DNA of 64,000 nt from Malacoraja senta. Its lineage: Eukaryota. The position numbers and the translations under genes are program-made. Every line of letters starts with the position of its first letter. Positions within the stretch are counted from its first letter, which is position 1. Shown here in pieces: positions 25,518 to 36,703 of this stretch. Location: assembly GCA_038087875.1 (NCBI GenBank), contig CM075989.1, positions 22,818,001 to 22,882,000 of the forward strand, written 5' to 3'. The notes beneath the pieces are model-generated. The model had not been told where the DNA came from. It was given only the letters and a program-made list of their open reading frames with translations, and made no database searches.

Positions 25518-25804
25518 GGCGGTCACGGTGGCGCAGCGGTAGAGTTGCCGCCTTACAGCGAATGCAGCGCCGGAGACCCGGGTTCGATCCCAACTACGGG
25601 TGCTGTCTGTACGGAATTCGTACGTTCTCCCCGTGGCCAGCGTGGGTTTTCTCCGAGATGTTCGGTTTCCTCCCACACTCCAAAGACGTAAAATTTGTCC
25701 CTAGTGGGTGTAGGATGGTGTTAGTGTGCGGGGATCGCAGGTCAGCGCTGACCCGGTGAGCCGAAGGGCCTGTTTCTGTGCTGTATCTCTAAACTACAAC
25801 TAAA
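25518..25804 (+). mobile_element. V-SINE, variant with an aatgcagcg insertion in the head
   Basis: Full copy. The same head variant occurs at 42067 and 59237. Confidence 0.82.
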
Positions 25805-25821
25805 CATTTCTTCTATTAGGA

Positions 25822-26096
25822 CAGACCTACGGCCCACGGGCCGAATCCGGCCCGTAACCCAAAATCATCTGGCCTGCAGGCGTTTTTTTTTTCCAATTCG
25901 TTTTCGCGAACTGGGAACTGCAGCCAGACCCGGGGCACGCGAGGGACCTGGGAACTGCAGAAAACTAATTGAAAAACACGTGAAAACTAATGCGAAAAAC
26001 AACCCCAAGTGTCACACTATGGCGATAGATGTGGCCAGCCATCCGCTCACAGACATGGGTCCTGGCCCCTATGCAGAACAAGGTTGCCGACTCCTG
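25822..26096. mobile_element. Second copy (inverted) of the hAT element at 23219
   Basis: Same internal sequence in reverse. 8-bp TSD TATTAGGA (25814-25821, 26097-26104). One TIR partly deleted. Confidence 0.88.
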
Positions 26097-27144
26097 TATT
26101 AGGAGGACCAAAAGGGCATTAACCTTCTGCACTGTATCACAACACACAACAGGAACATTTCTGAGTCGTATAGAGATACGCTGACATACTCCAACATTCT
26201 GTGTTCTAGGAACCACTCTGCCTCCCTCCATCCACCACGCCAACACAACCAACTCACTTTTACATTCAAACCACAGCTAATTATTAAACCAGGCGCGAGC
26301 GAAAGAAGATTATGTGCAGCTGGTATTCACTGGAATTTAGAAGGATGAGAGGGGATCGTATTCCCTATGTTGGGGGCGCCTGGAACCAGGGGTCACAGTT
26401 TAAGAATAAGAGGTCGGCCATTTAGGAATGAGGTGAGGAAAAATCTTTTCACCCAGAGAGTTGTGAATCTGTGGAATTCTTTGCCACAGAAGGCAGTGGA
26501 GGCCAATTCACTGGATGCATTCAAGAGAGAGTTAGATAGAGCTCTTAGGGCTAATCAAGGGATGTGGGGAGAAAGCCGGAATGGGGTAATGATTCTGGAT
26601 GATCAGCCATAATCATATTGAATGGCGGTGCTGGCTCGTAGGGCCGAATGGCCTTGTCCTGCACCTATTGTCTATGGCTCTGATTTTCAGCAGAGTGCGA
26701 GATTCCAACACTACTCTTATTCAGTTTAGTTTAGTTTCGAGATGCAGCACAGAAACAGGCTCTTCAGCCCACCAAGCCCATGCCGACCAGCGATCGACCC
26801 CATACACTAACACTATTCTACACACTAGGGACAATTTTTTTTTTTAACCAAAGCCAATCAACCTATAAACCTGTACGTCTTGGTGGAGTGTGGGATGAAG
26901 ACGGAGAAAACTTACGCGGTCACAGGAAGAACGTACAGACTCTGTACACACAGCACCCGTAGTCAGGATTGAACCCGGGTCTCTGGCGCCGTGAGGCAGC
27001 AACTCTACCGCTGCGCCACCGTTCCTTGACCAATGTTATCTGTTTGAAGATCCTGCCCTCCCGCAACCTCTCTAGTCTGAGCAAAACTGGAAAAATGTGC
27101 ATCTCAAAAGTTATTTAACGGTTTGATGGTAATCATATATACGA

Positions 27145-28073
27145 GGGAGTGCAGCGTAGGTTTACACGGTTAATTCCAGGGATGGCGGGACTGTCATATG
27201 CTGAGAGAATGGAGCAGCTGGGCTTGTACACCCTGGAGTTTAGAAGGATGAGAGGGGATCTCATTGAAACATATAAGATTGTTAAGGGCTTGGCTTATAC
27301 TCGCTAGAATTTAGGAGATTGAGAGGGGATCTTATAGAAACGTACAAAATTCTTATGGGGTTGGACAGGCTAGATGCAGGAAGATTGTTCCCGATGTTGG
27401 GGAAGTCCAGGACAAGGGGTCACAGCTTAAGGATAAGGGGGAAATCCTTTAAGACCGAGATGAGGAAAAACTTTTTCACACAGAGAGTGGTGAATCTCTG
27501 GAACTCTCTGCCACAGAGGGTAGTTGAGGCCAGTTCATTGGCTATATTTAAGAGGGAGTTAGATGTGGCCCTTGTGGCTAAGGGGATCAGGGGGTATGGA
27601 GAGAAGGCAGGTACGGGATACTGAGTTGCATGATCAGCCATGATCATATTGAATGGCGGTGCAGGCTCGAAGGGCCGAATGGCCTACTCCTGCACCTATT
27701 TTCTATGTATCTATGTATCTATGACACGCTAGAGGCAGGAAACATGTTCCCGATGTTGGGGGAGTCCAGAACCAGGGGCCACAGTTTAAGAATCAGGAGT
27801 AAGCCATTTAGAACAGAGAAGAGGAAACACTTTTTCTCACAGAGAGTGGTGAGTCTGTGGAATTCTCTGCCTCAGAGGGCGGTGGAGGCCGGTTCTCTGG
27901 ATGCTTTCAAGAGAGAGCTAGATAGGGCTCTTAAAAATAGCGGAGTCAGGGGATATGGGGAGAAGGCAGGAATGGGGTACTGATTGGGGATGATCAGCCA
28001 TGATCACATTGAATGGCGGTGCTGGCTCGAAGGGCCAAATGGCCCACTCCTGCACCTATTGTCTATTGTCTAT
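27145..28073 (+). mobile_element. CR1 LINE interrupted by a younger CR1 of another subfamily (27293-27722)
   Basis: Host reads ...gttaagggcttg|gacacgctagagg... across the insert. The insert ends in a (TATCTATG)n tail. Confidence 0.88.
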
Positions 28074-28705
28074 ATTCTTTCCGTTGACTGGATAGCAAGC
28101 AACAACTTTGCTATTCACTGTACCTCGGTGACAATAATAGACTATCGCTGGACTATTTGGGGTTTAGAGTTACACGTTTTGATTTTTTAATTATTTTTTA
28201 GCCCTCGTTACTTCACCAGCTGGTGTTTGTTCCTTCTGCGGAAAATCAGATTTTGACGAAGCAAGCGTTGAAAAGTCAATGAGACAATTAATATGCTTAA
28301 ATAATTTGGCTAGACTTACAAAGAAACCCAGACCCAGGAGGTTTGTGTTTTGAAGCATCTTCACAAACAGTTATGGATGCAATGCAATGCAAAGGAGGCA
28401 GCACTCCTTGCCTGGCCCACTTGTGTATAATCCTTTGATGTGGCTTTCTGCTATGTTAATATTACATTTAACATTAGGAAAGACCCACTGACACTGCCAG
28501 TTAATGAGAAATAAAAAATTAAATCAACCTTTTTAAACTCTAATGGTTTCTAAGATGGATCTTCAGACCAGGCATTGAACCCACAGATTACAGCATCTGT
28601 CATTTAATTGATACTCTTTAGAGCAATCGATCCTGGTCTCGGAGACCAAATCATCTTGACGGTTGCTCATTAGAATCTGTTCCAAAAATAGTTCTTCATC
28701 AACAG

Positions 28706-28978
28706 GGTGGCACGGTGGTGCAGCGGTAGAGTTGCTGCCTCACAGCGCCAGAGACCCGGGTTCGATCCTGACCACGGGTGCTGCCTGTACGGAGTTTGTA
28801 CGTTCTACCCGTGACCTTCGTGGGTTTTCACCGGGATCTCCGGTTTCCTCCCACATTTTCAGGACGTGCAGGTTTGTAGGTTAATTGGCTTCTGTAAATT
28901 GTCTCTAGTGTGTAGGGTAGAACTAGTGTGAACGAGTTATTGTTCCTACTTCCATGCTGTATCGCTAAATAAACTAAA
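28706..28978 (+). mobile_element. V-SINE (HE1-like)
   Basis: Head, core and partly deleted tail. Confidence 0.8.
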
Positions 28979-30416
28979 CATGGAAAAGCTTTGGAAGTCC
29001 ATTGATAACAAGCAATGGGATGAATTATTAAACTGCGGAACAGAGTCACTGAGAAATTATTTGGAAATGTGAGTGTTAGGCTAAACCCAATAGTAAAGAA
29101 GTAATGGGATAGTTGACGGATATCAACATTACTCTTTAGCCCAAGCCTGCTTTGTCATGAGAACTTGCTTTTTGCCATTCCTAGTGGACAAGGGAAAAGA
29201 TGTGTTTAAACCTCCTTGAAAAATGTAATGTGCCCATTGTCTCCTGTGAACATTTGGGCATGTCAAAATAGAGAAGGAGCAGTAGGTATTGAGAACATTG
29301 AGTCGATGATGGGAGAGGGGAGAAGAGAGAGTGGCCAGGGTGCGAATCGTCCTAGATTATGCTGCTGGCCTTGCCGAGGCAGCGTGAGGTATAAATGGAA
29401 TCAATAAAAGGGACGTTGGTTTGTGCGATGGTCTGGGCTGCGTCCACAATTCGCTGCAATTTCTTACTGTCCACGATGGAGCTGTTCCCAAACCAAGCTG
29501 TGATGCATCCGGGTTAAATGCTTTCTATGGTGCATCTGTAGAAGTTGGTGAGAGAACTTGGCTCGTGGTGAACTTGGCGAGAACTTGGCTCATGGCCAAA
29601 CTGAGACATCTTCGGACAACTTATCTCATTAAATGGACTAATTAAGACTGGAAACTTTCTGTTAGCAAATCAAGTATAGCTTCGCTGCTATATTCAAATA
29701 ATGTTAGCACAAGTCTCAAGGGACTCTGGGGCAAGGAATCCCCTTTATCCAATCTGACTTTCCAACTCTAGAGTGCGGAGCCTTCTACAGAAGATTTGTA
29801 GTCTAAACAGCAACATTATTGCACGTAATCGAAGACAACTTGCAAACAACAAAACAGAAGGTGGAAAAAAAAACCTCAACTTTTAATCAGTGTTAAGTAT
29901 TTTAAACATTTCTAAAGAATCCAACATAAATGTTAAGGTGCATAAGGGAATAAAAATGTCGTGAAATATAAATTTCACACTAAAAGTAGAGTTGCTGCCT
30001 TACAGTGCCAGAGACCTAGATTTATCCTGCCTACGGGTGCTGTCTTTACGGAATTTGAACGTTTTCCCTGTGGGGTTTCCCCGGGTGCTCCGGATTCCTC
30101 CCAAACTTCAAAGACGTGCAGGTTCGGTTAATTGGCTTCAGAAAAAAAAATTGCCCCTAGTGTGTGTAGGATAGTGCTAGTGTACAGGGACGGCTGGAAA
30201 CCGCAGGCTCGGTGGGCCAAAAGGGCCTGTTTCTGCACTGTAAAACAAACATCATTGTGGATCTTGAGTTCATTGAGGCAAGGCTCTCAATCCATCAGCC
30301 ATCCAGGAAATAACTCACCAGCACTTTCTCAAGGACCGTTAGGTTTGGGCAATAAATATTGGGCTTGCTTAATAACTTCTTCACCCCTTGAATGAATATC
30401 AAAAAAGATGACTTAG

Positions 30417-30692
30417 GCCAGCACGGTGGCACAGCAGTAGAGTTGCTGCTTCACAGAGCCAGAGACCCCGGTTCGATCCTGACTGCGGGTGCTGTCTGTA
30501 CGGAGTTTCTACATTCTCCCCATGGGTTTTCTCCGGGTGCTCCAGTTTCCTCCCACATTCCAAAGGCGTGCAGTTTTGTAGGTTAATTGGCTTCTGTAAA
30601 TTGTCCCTAGTGTGTAGGGTGGAACTAGTGTACGGGGATCGCTGGTCGGCTGAAGAGCCTGTCTCCGTGCTGTATCTCTAAGGTAAGCTAAA
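30417..30692 (+). mobile_element. V-SINE (HE1-like)
   Basis: Head, core and tail. Confidence 0.8.
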
Positions 30693-31179
30693 CTTAAGCC
30701 ACTGGATTCGAGCTGCTGTTTCCAACTCGCTCCCAAAAATGTTGGAACAGCAACAGTAGAGAAAGCCCCTTTGAACCTGATCCTTATAAATCTACCCTGA
30801 TTTTATGAGCATTCCGTGCTGAGCAAGCTTCCGGGTGAGAGAGCAAGTTTGCTGACTTGAATCTTCTCGATGTTCAGCCGTTTTGAAGGGAGAGGCGTTT
30901 AAGTGTTACATAGAGGGGGTTTCAATTGGAGATGCATTACAGTGACAGACCAAAAGGCATTGACCCAGGTTTCCGGGCTGGTGTTAAAAGAATGAACAAG
31001 GTCAATTGACACAATCTGTGGTTCAAGTTATCAGACGTGGTAAACAAGCAAACTTTGACCTCAGCAAGGCAAACTGTAGCGAGAGTCGTAAGAATAAACA
31101 TGGAAGGAATTTTGTTGCACAAAAAAAATCCCACTTGAACAAATTACAGCACTTCACTCTGTCGTTCAGTGTATACTAA

Positions 31180-31345
31180 AGGGCCTGTCCCACTTACCAA
31201 ATTTTTTTCGGCGACTTGCCGGCACCCGTCATAGTCGCAGCAGGTCACCGAAAATTTTCAACATGTTGAAAATCCAGTGGCGACCTGAAAAAGGTACGAC
31301 TCTTTGGGCGGCTATTCACCACCAAACAGGCGTCCCCACGATGTT
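31180..31345. mobile_element. Half copy of a Harbinger-like MITE
   Basis: TAA then AGGGCCTGTCCCACTT. Homologous to 40121-40317. Confidence 0.7.
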
Positions 31346-31699
31346 GGTGTGTGTGTGTGCTTTATCATCATTCCTTACAATGCCCTGTACGACAGTGATC
31401 GCAACTTCTACTGAAGTGTGGATGGCCGTTGGCTCGCTAGGAGCTCATCCGCCCTTTGACAGGTCTTGTTTTTGGTCCTGCTGGGGGGTCCACAGCCCCC
31501 TCCTCACCTGGCAAACCAGCTGGGGGAGATGGTTTAGTCGCCGACTGGAGCAGGTAGCACGGGATTACATGGTACCCGTGGCGGGGGGAACTCCCCCCCC
31601 CCCAGACCTGACCATGCTTAAGTATGGCATTATTCTACTGGACTGTCAGTAAAAAAAGCAATAGGACATGTGACAACAAAGCTCCATTGAAACATTGAA

Positions 31700-31972
31700 A
31701 CGTGTAGGAGGGAACTGCAGATGCTGGTTTACACCGAAGATAGACACAAAATGCTGGAGCAACTCAGCGGGACAGGCAGCATGTCTGGAAGGAAGGAATG
31801 AGAGATGTTTCTGGATCGACACCCTTCTTCAGAGGTCTTCAGTGTCTGAAGAAGAGTCTCGGCACAAAACGTCACCCATTCCTTCAGAAATGCTGCCTGT
31901 CCCGTTGAGTTACTCCAGCATTTTGTGTCTATCTTCGGTGTAAACCAGCATCTGCAGTTCCTTCCTACACGT
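31700..31972. mobile_element. Palindromic pair of Penelope-like terminal fragments
   Basis: Two inverted arms of about 130 bp (acgtgtagga...tcctacacgt), each with a degenerate hammerhead-like core facing the centre. Confidence 0.78.
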
Positions 31973-32426
31973 ATAAGGCAGTGAGTTCCAAATCAAAATC
32001 GCTCTCTGGTTAGTCTTTTTATCAAAGGAAAACTGGGAATAGCAAAATAATTTAGCAACACTCTCAGATAGAGGTACTAATTAACATTTTGAAAACCTGC
32101 TAAAAGATATGCACTCTATCCAATTAGGACGGGTTTCAGCTTAAAGATAAGGTTTCGAGATGACCCGAAATATTAAACAGAGTGTTCCTTTCAGCTTATC
32201 CTCCACATCAGCCGAGTTTATGTTAATGTACTTAAGCCAAAACTAGTTAGTTGCCAAAAACCTCATTTAAATCCTTTGAGAACGATGTCGTACACGACGA
32301 GGTTTGGTCGAGGATCAGAAAATGAAAATCACAGCAATGGGTATTTAAGTAATAAACAGTTAACATGTTTCAACCATAAAATAAACTTTTTCTTGTACAG
32401 AAATGATTGGACAAGTTGTCCATTAC

Positions 32427-32474
32427 CTTCTCATCATCATCCTCGTCATCATCTCCATCCACATCTTCATACTC
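32427..32474 (-). CDS. MCTP2: MCTP2-like acidic short exon (EYEDVDGDDDEDDDEK)
   Basis: Acceptor cttgtcAG, donor GTaatg, 48 nt, phase 0-0. Matches the acidic linker between the two membrane regions of MCTPs. Confidence 0.9.
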
Positions 32475-32608
32475 CTGACAAGACCAAAACAAAAAGAAAG
32501 CTCGTCATTTGAATTGCAAATGTTTTCTTCTAATGGCAAAACACATTTAATTCTGGGTTATTGCCCATCTGGAACAAATCCCAAATGCGGATGGGTCTGG
32601 ATCAGGTT

Positions 32609-33159
32609 ATAGTCACAGAGTGATACAGCGTAGAAGCAGGCCCATCGGCCCAACTTGCCCTCATCGACCAACATGTCCCATCTACACTTGTTCCACTCGC
32701 CTGCATTTAGCCCATATCCCTCTAAACCTGTCCTATCCATGTACCTGTCTAAATGGTTCTTAAATGATGCGTTAGTACCCGCCTCAACTACCTCCTCTAG
32801 CAGCTCGTTCCATACACCCACCGCCCTTGGTGTGAAAAAGGTACCACTCAGATTCCTATTGAATCTTTCCCCATTCACCTTAAACCTAAGCCCTCTTGTT
32901 CTCGATTCACCTACTTGGGGCAAGAGACTCTGAGCACCTTCTAATCTATTCCTCTCATGACTTTATACTTCTCTATAAGATCACCCCTCATCCTCCTGCA
33001 CTCCAAGGAATAGAGTCCTAGCTTGCCCACCTTTCCCCAATAGCTCAGACCCTCAAGTCCTGACTACATCCTTGTGAATCTTCCCTGCACCCTTTCCAGC
33101 TTGACAACATCTTTCCTATATCATGGCGTCCAGAACTGAATACAATACTCTAAATGCGG
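32609..33159 (-). mobile_element. CR1 LINE 3' fragment
   Basis: Minus strand encodes the CR1 ORF2 end (ESRTRG..FKV.G.RF...VGVWNEL). Confidence 0.85.
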
Positions 33160-33470
33160 CTACACGGTGGTGCAGCGGTAGAGTTGCTGCCTCACCATGT
33201 CAGAGACCCGGCTTCGATTCTGACTACGGGTGCTGGCAGTTACGGAGTTTGTATGTCCCCCCCCCCCCACCCCCACCCCCCGTGACCACGTGGGTTTTCT
33301 CCGGGTGCTCTGGTTTCCTTCCACACTCCAAAGGTGTACAGGTTTGCAGGTTAATTGGTTTCTGTAAAATTGTAAAAATTGCCCCGGGCGTGTAGGGTAG
33401 TGCTGGTGTATGGTCAGTGGTCAGCATGGACTCAGTGGGCCGAAGGGCCTGTTTTCTTGCTGTATGTCTA
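33157..33470 (+). mobile_element. V-SINE (HE1-like)
   Basis: Head, core and tail. Confidence 0.8.
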
Positions 33471-33693
33471 AAGTTTAAAAGTAAAGCTTGAATCTGAGGG
33501 TTTGGCATTTTTTGATTTCTAATCAGCACATTCAGCAATGCAAAGGCACTAGTTTAGTCTAGTTTAGTGATACAGCATGGAAACAGGCCCACTAACTCCA
33601 TGCTAACCCATACTAACCTGCATACATAGGAATACATTTTTTTATAGAAGCCAATTAACCTGCAAACCTGCACATCTTTTTTTATGTGGGAGT

Positions 33694-34002
33694 GTTTAGT
33701 TTAGTTTAAAGACACATTGCGGAAACAGGCCCTTCGGCCCAGCGAGTCCGTGCCGACCGGCGTTCCCCGTACACCAGCACTATCCTACACACACTAGGGA
33801 CAATTTACAATTTTGCTGAAGCCAATTAACCTACAATCTTGCAAGACTTTTGAGTGTGGGAGGAATCCAGAGCACCTGGAGAAAACCCACGCAGGTGAAG
33901 GGGAGAACGTACAAACTCCGTACAGACAGCACCCGTGGTCAGGATCGAACCTGGGACTCTGGCACTGTGAGGCAGCAGCTCTACCGCTGCGCCACCGTGC
34001 CG
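33694..34002 (-). mobile_element. V-SINE (HE1-like)
   Basis: Full-length minus-strand copy about 90 bp from an exon donor. Confidence 0.85.
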
Positions 34003-34090
34003 TCCCCACGTCTTAGAGGGGAGATGCCCATTTGTTTTTAGAAGCGTCGCCATGCTCGGCTGGAGCGATAGGGGTCGTTCAATAACTCAC

Positions 34091-34210
34091 CAGGTACTGA
34101 TGGCTGACTACTTTTCCTCGGGCAATCTGCATGTAGTTCCAGGCAAAGATCATCAGTAGTGCAAGTGGGAGCATGTAGATCTCAAATGTCCAGACTACCG
34201 CCAGGTACAG
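34091..34210 (-). CDS. MCTP2: MCTP2-like exon, first membrane segment (LYLAVVWTFEIYMLPLALLMIFAWNYMQIARGKVVSHQYL)
   Basis: Acceptor cttttttcAG, donor GTgagt, 120 nt, phase 0-0. VW.FE.YM.PLALL motif. Confidence 0.93.
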
Positions 34211-35072
34211 CTGAAAAAAGAGAGCTCTGTCAGTAATGCCCGAGAGAAGAAATAAAGAACATTGTGAAAACAACTGGGATGTCTCAGAAGAGTGAGGAGG
34301 GATTTTCCTTTTCAACTCTTAAACACACAGAAAGAGACTGCAGAACGAACACTGCAGCTATTACATTAGCCCTTGAAAGATCGCTTCAAGACAGCAGCCA
34401 CGCTGTGAGATGCTGAGTCCACAGCTCCAGCACTTCACACGTGCATAGCATGGAAGCTTCTCTGGGATGATTTGTGAATCTGTGGAATTCTTTGCCACAG
34501 AAGGCTGTGGAGGCCAAGTCGGTGGATATCTTTAAGGCAGAGATATAGATAGATTCTTGATTAGTACGGGTGTCCGAGATTATGGGGAGAAGGCAGGAGA
34601 ATGGGATTTGGAGGGAGATGATTGAGTGGCAGTATAGACTCGATGGGCAGAATGGCCTGTCTACTCCTCTCACTTCTGATCTTATGATCGAATGGCGGAG
34701 TAGATTCGATGGGCCGAATGGCCAAATTGTGCACATAAGTCCTATGACTTATGAACTTATCATTAAAGGCTCCGTATCAGTGGCGATGCAAGAGACTGTG
34801 CAGATGCTGAAATCATGAGTAAAATACAAAGTGCTGGAAGAACTCAGTGGGTCAGGCAGCATCTGTGGAGGAAAATGGAAGGACAACGTTTCATGTCAGG
34901 TCACCTCTTCGGACTGTATTTGTGGTTCAGTGGTACTTTATTTTCACATGTACCGAGGTCTCTGGCGCTGTGAGGCATCTAAGGAGCCACCGTACCACCA
35001 TGGCAGGGAAATGACAATATCTAATCGTTTTACAAACCTTTGCTCAGCCACCAAATGATGACATGATCGATG

Positions 35073-35335
35073 CGGCACGGTGGCGCAGCGGTCGAGTTGC
35101 TGCCTTGCAGCGCTGGAGACACAGGTTCGATCCCGACTACGGGTGCTGTCTGTACGGAGTTAGTATGTTCTCCCCCGTGACCTGCGTGGGTTTTCTCTGA
35201 GATCTTCAGTTTCCTCCCACACTCCAAAGACGTACAGGCTTGTAGGTTGATTGGCTTTGGTGTAAATGTAAATTGTCCCTAGTATGTGTAGGGTAGTGTT
35301 AGTGTGCGGGGATCGCTGGTCGGCGCGGACTCTTG
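35073..35335 (+). mobile_element. V-SINE (HE1-like)
   Basis: Head and core present, tail truncated. Confidence 0.82.
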
Positions 35336-35689
35336 AAACTCAACTAAATTAAACCAAACCAAGTCTACTAGCAGTGGAGGAGGCTGGCAACTAACAGCGC
35401 TGGCACCTATACAAAATATGGGGGAACACTGGCAATAATAATTTTAAAATAAATAGAAAATGCTGGAACTATCAGCAGGGGAGGTCACAGCCCTGGAGAG
35501 AGATCTGATGAAAGGTCACCACCCTGAAACATTAATTTTGTTTCTCACTCCACAGTGGCTGCCTGACCTGCTGAGTATTTCCGGCATGTTCTGCTTTTAT
35601 TTTAGCTCCAGCTGTTTGTCTTCAAAAGGAAACAAAAAATGCTCCAGCAGAAAATAAAGTGTTGAGATTTCCCAAATGGCAATAAAACA

Positions 35690-35857
35690 GGCTGTGTTTT
35701 GTCTTTTTATGTCATTATTTCATGTCATTAAAGCAAGACTTCATCTGCTCTCAGGTGGACCATCTGAAAAATGAGAAAGATCTTCCCAGAGATCGGGCCA
35801 GTATTTACTCCCTAACCAGCAACACTGAACCAGATTATCCAGCCACTCGCACATTAC
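35690..35857 (+). mobile_element. Ancient Deu-domain SINE (SacSINE1/AmnSINE1-like), 5' part. Continues at 37041-37140.
   Basis: Contains tctgctctcaggtgga...gccagtatttactccctaaccagcaacactgaaccagattatc...cacatt, which resembles the Deu-domain consensus as I recall it. Confidence 0.6.
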
Positions 35858-36105
35858 TTAGTTTAGTTTAGGTTAGTTTAGAGATGCAGCGTGTAAAAGG
35901 GCCCTTCGGCCCACCGAGTCCGTGCCGACCAATCACCCCGTACGCTAGTTCTATCCTACACACAAGGGACAATTTACAGAAGCCAATTAACTTACTATCC
36001 TGTACGTCTTTGGTGTGTGGGAAGAAACCGGAGCATCCAGAAAAAATCCACGTGGTCACAGGGAGAACGTGCAAACTCCTCACAGACAGCACCCAAAGTC
36101 AGGAT

Positions 36106-36703
36106 CATAGAAACATAGAAACATAGAAAATAGGTGCAGGAGTAGGCCATTCGGCCCTTCAATATGATCATGGCTGATCATCCAACTCAGTAGCCTGTAC
36201 CTGCCTTCTCTCCATACCCCCTGATCCCTTTAGCCACAAGGGCCACATCTAACTCCCTCTTAAATATAGCCAATGAACTGGCCTCAACTACCCTCTGTGG
36301 TAGAGAATTCCAGAGATTCACCACTCTCTGTGTGAAAAATGTTTTTCTCATCTCGGTCCCCTTTATCCTTAAACTGTGACCCCTTGTCCTGGACTTCCCC
36401 AACATCGGGAGCAATCTTCCTGCATCTAGCCTGTCCAACCCCATAAGAATTTTGTAAGTTTCTATAAGATCCCCCCTCAATCTTCTAAATTCTAGCGAGT
36501 ACAAGCCGAGTCTATCCAGTCTTTCTTCATATGAAGGTCCTGACATCCCAGGAATCAATCTCTGTACTCCCTCTATGTCTTTCCTCAGATTTGGAGACCA
36601 AAACTGTACGCAATACTCCAGGTGTGGTCTCACCAAGACCCTGTACAACTGCAGTAGAACCTCCCTGCTCCTATACTCAAATCCTTTTGCTATGAATGCT
36701 AAC
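36106..36703 (-). mobile_element. CR1 LINE 3' fragment inside a V-SINE
   Basis: ORF 36187-36828 ([35 protein letters not shown]). Confidence 0.9.

Noticed and set aside
31480..31545. CPEB3/HDV-like ribozyme (gggggtccacagc...tcctcac)
   Set aside because: The similarity is superficial. P1, P2 and P3 pairings could not be assembled by hand.
1683..34210. Assignment of the exons to MCTP1
   Set aside because: VQDIV..VQN, RNPY, SDVQK and VQ.AEL fit MCTP2 better as I recall the paralogues. A gene tree would settle it.
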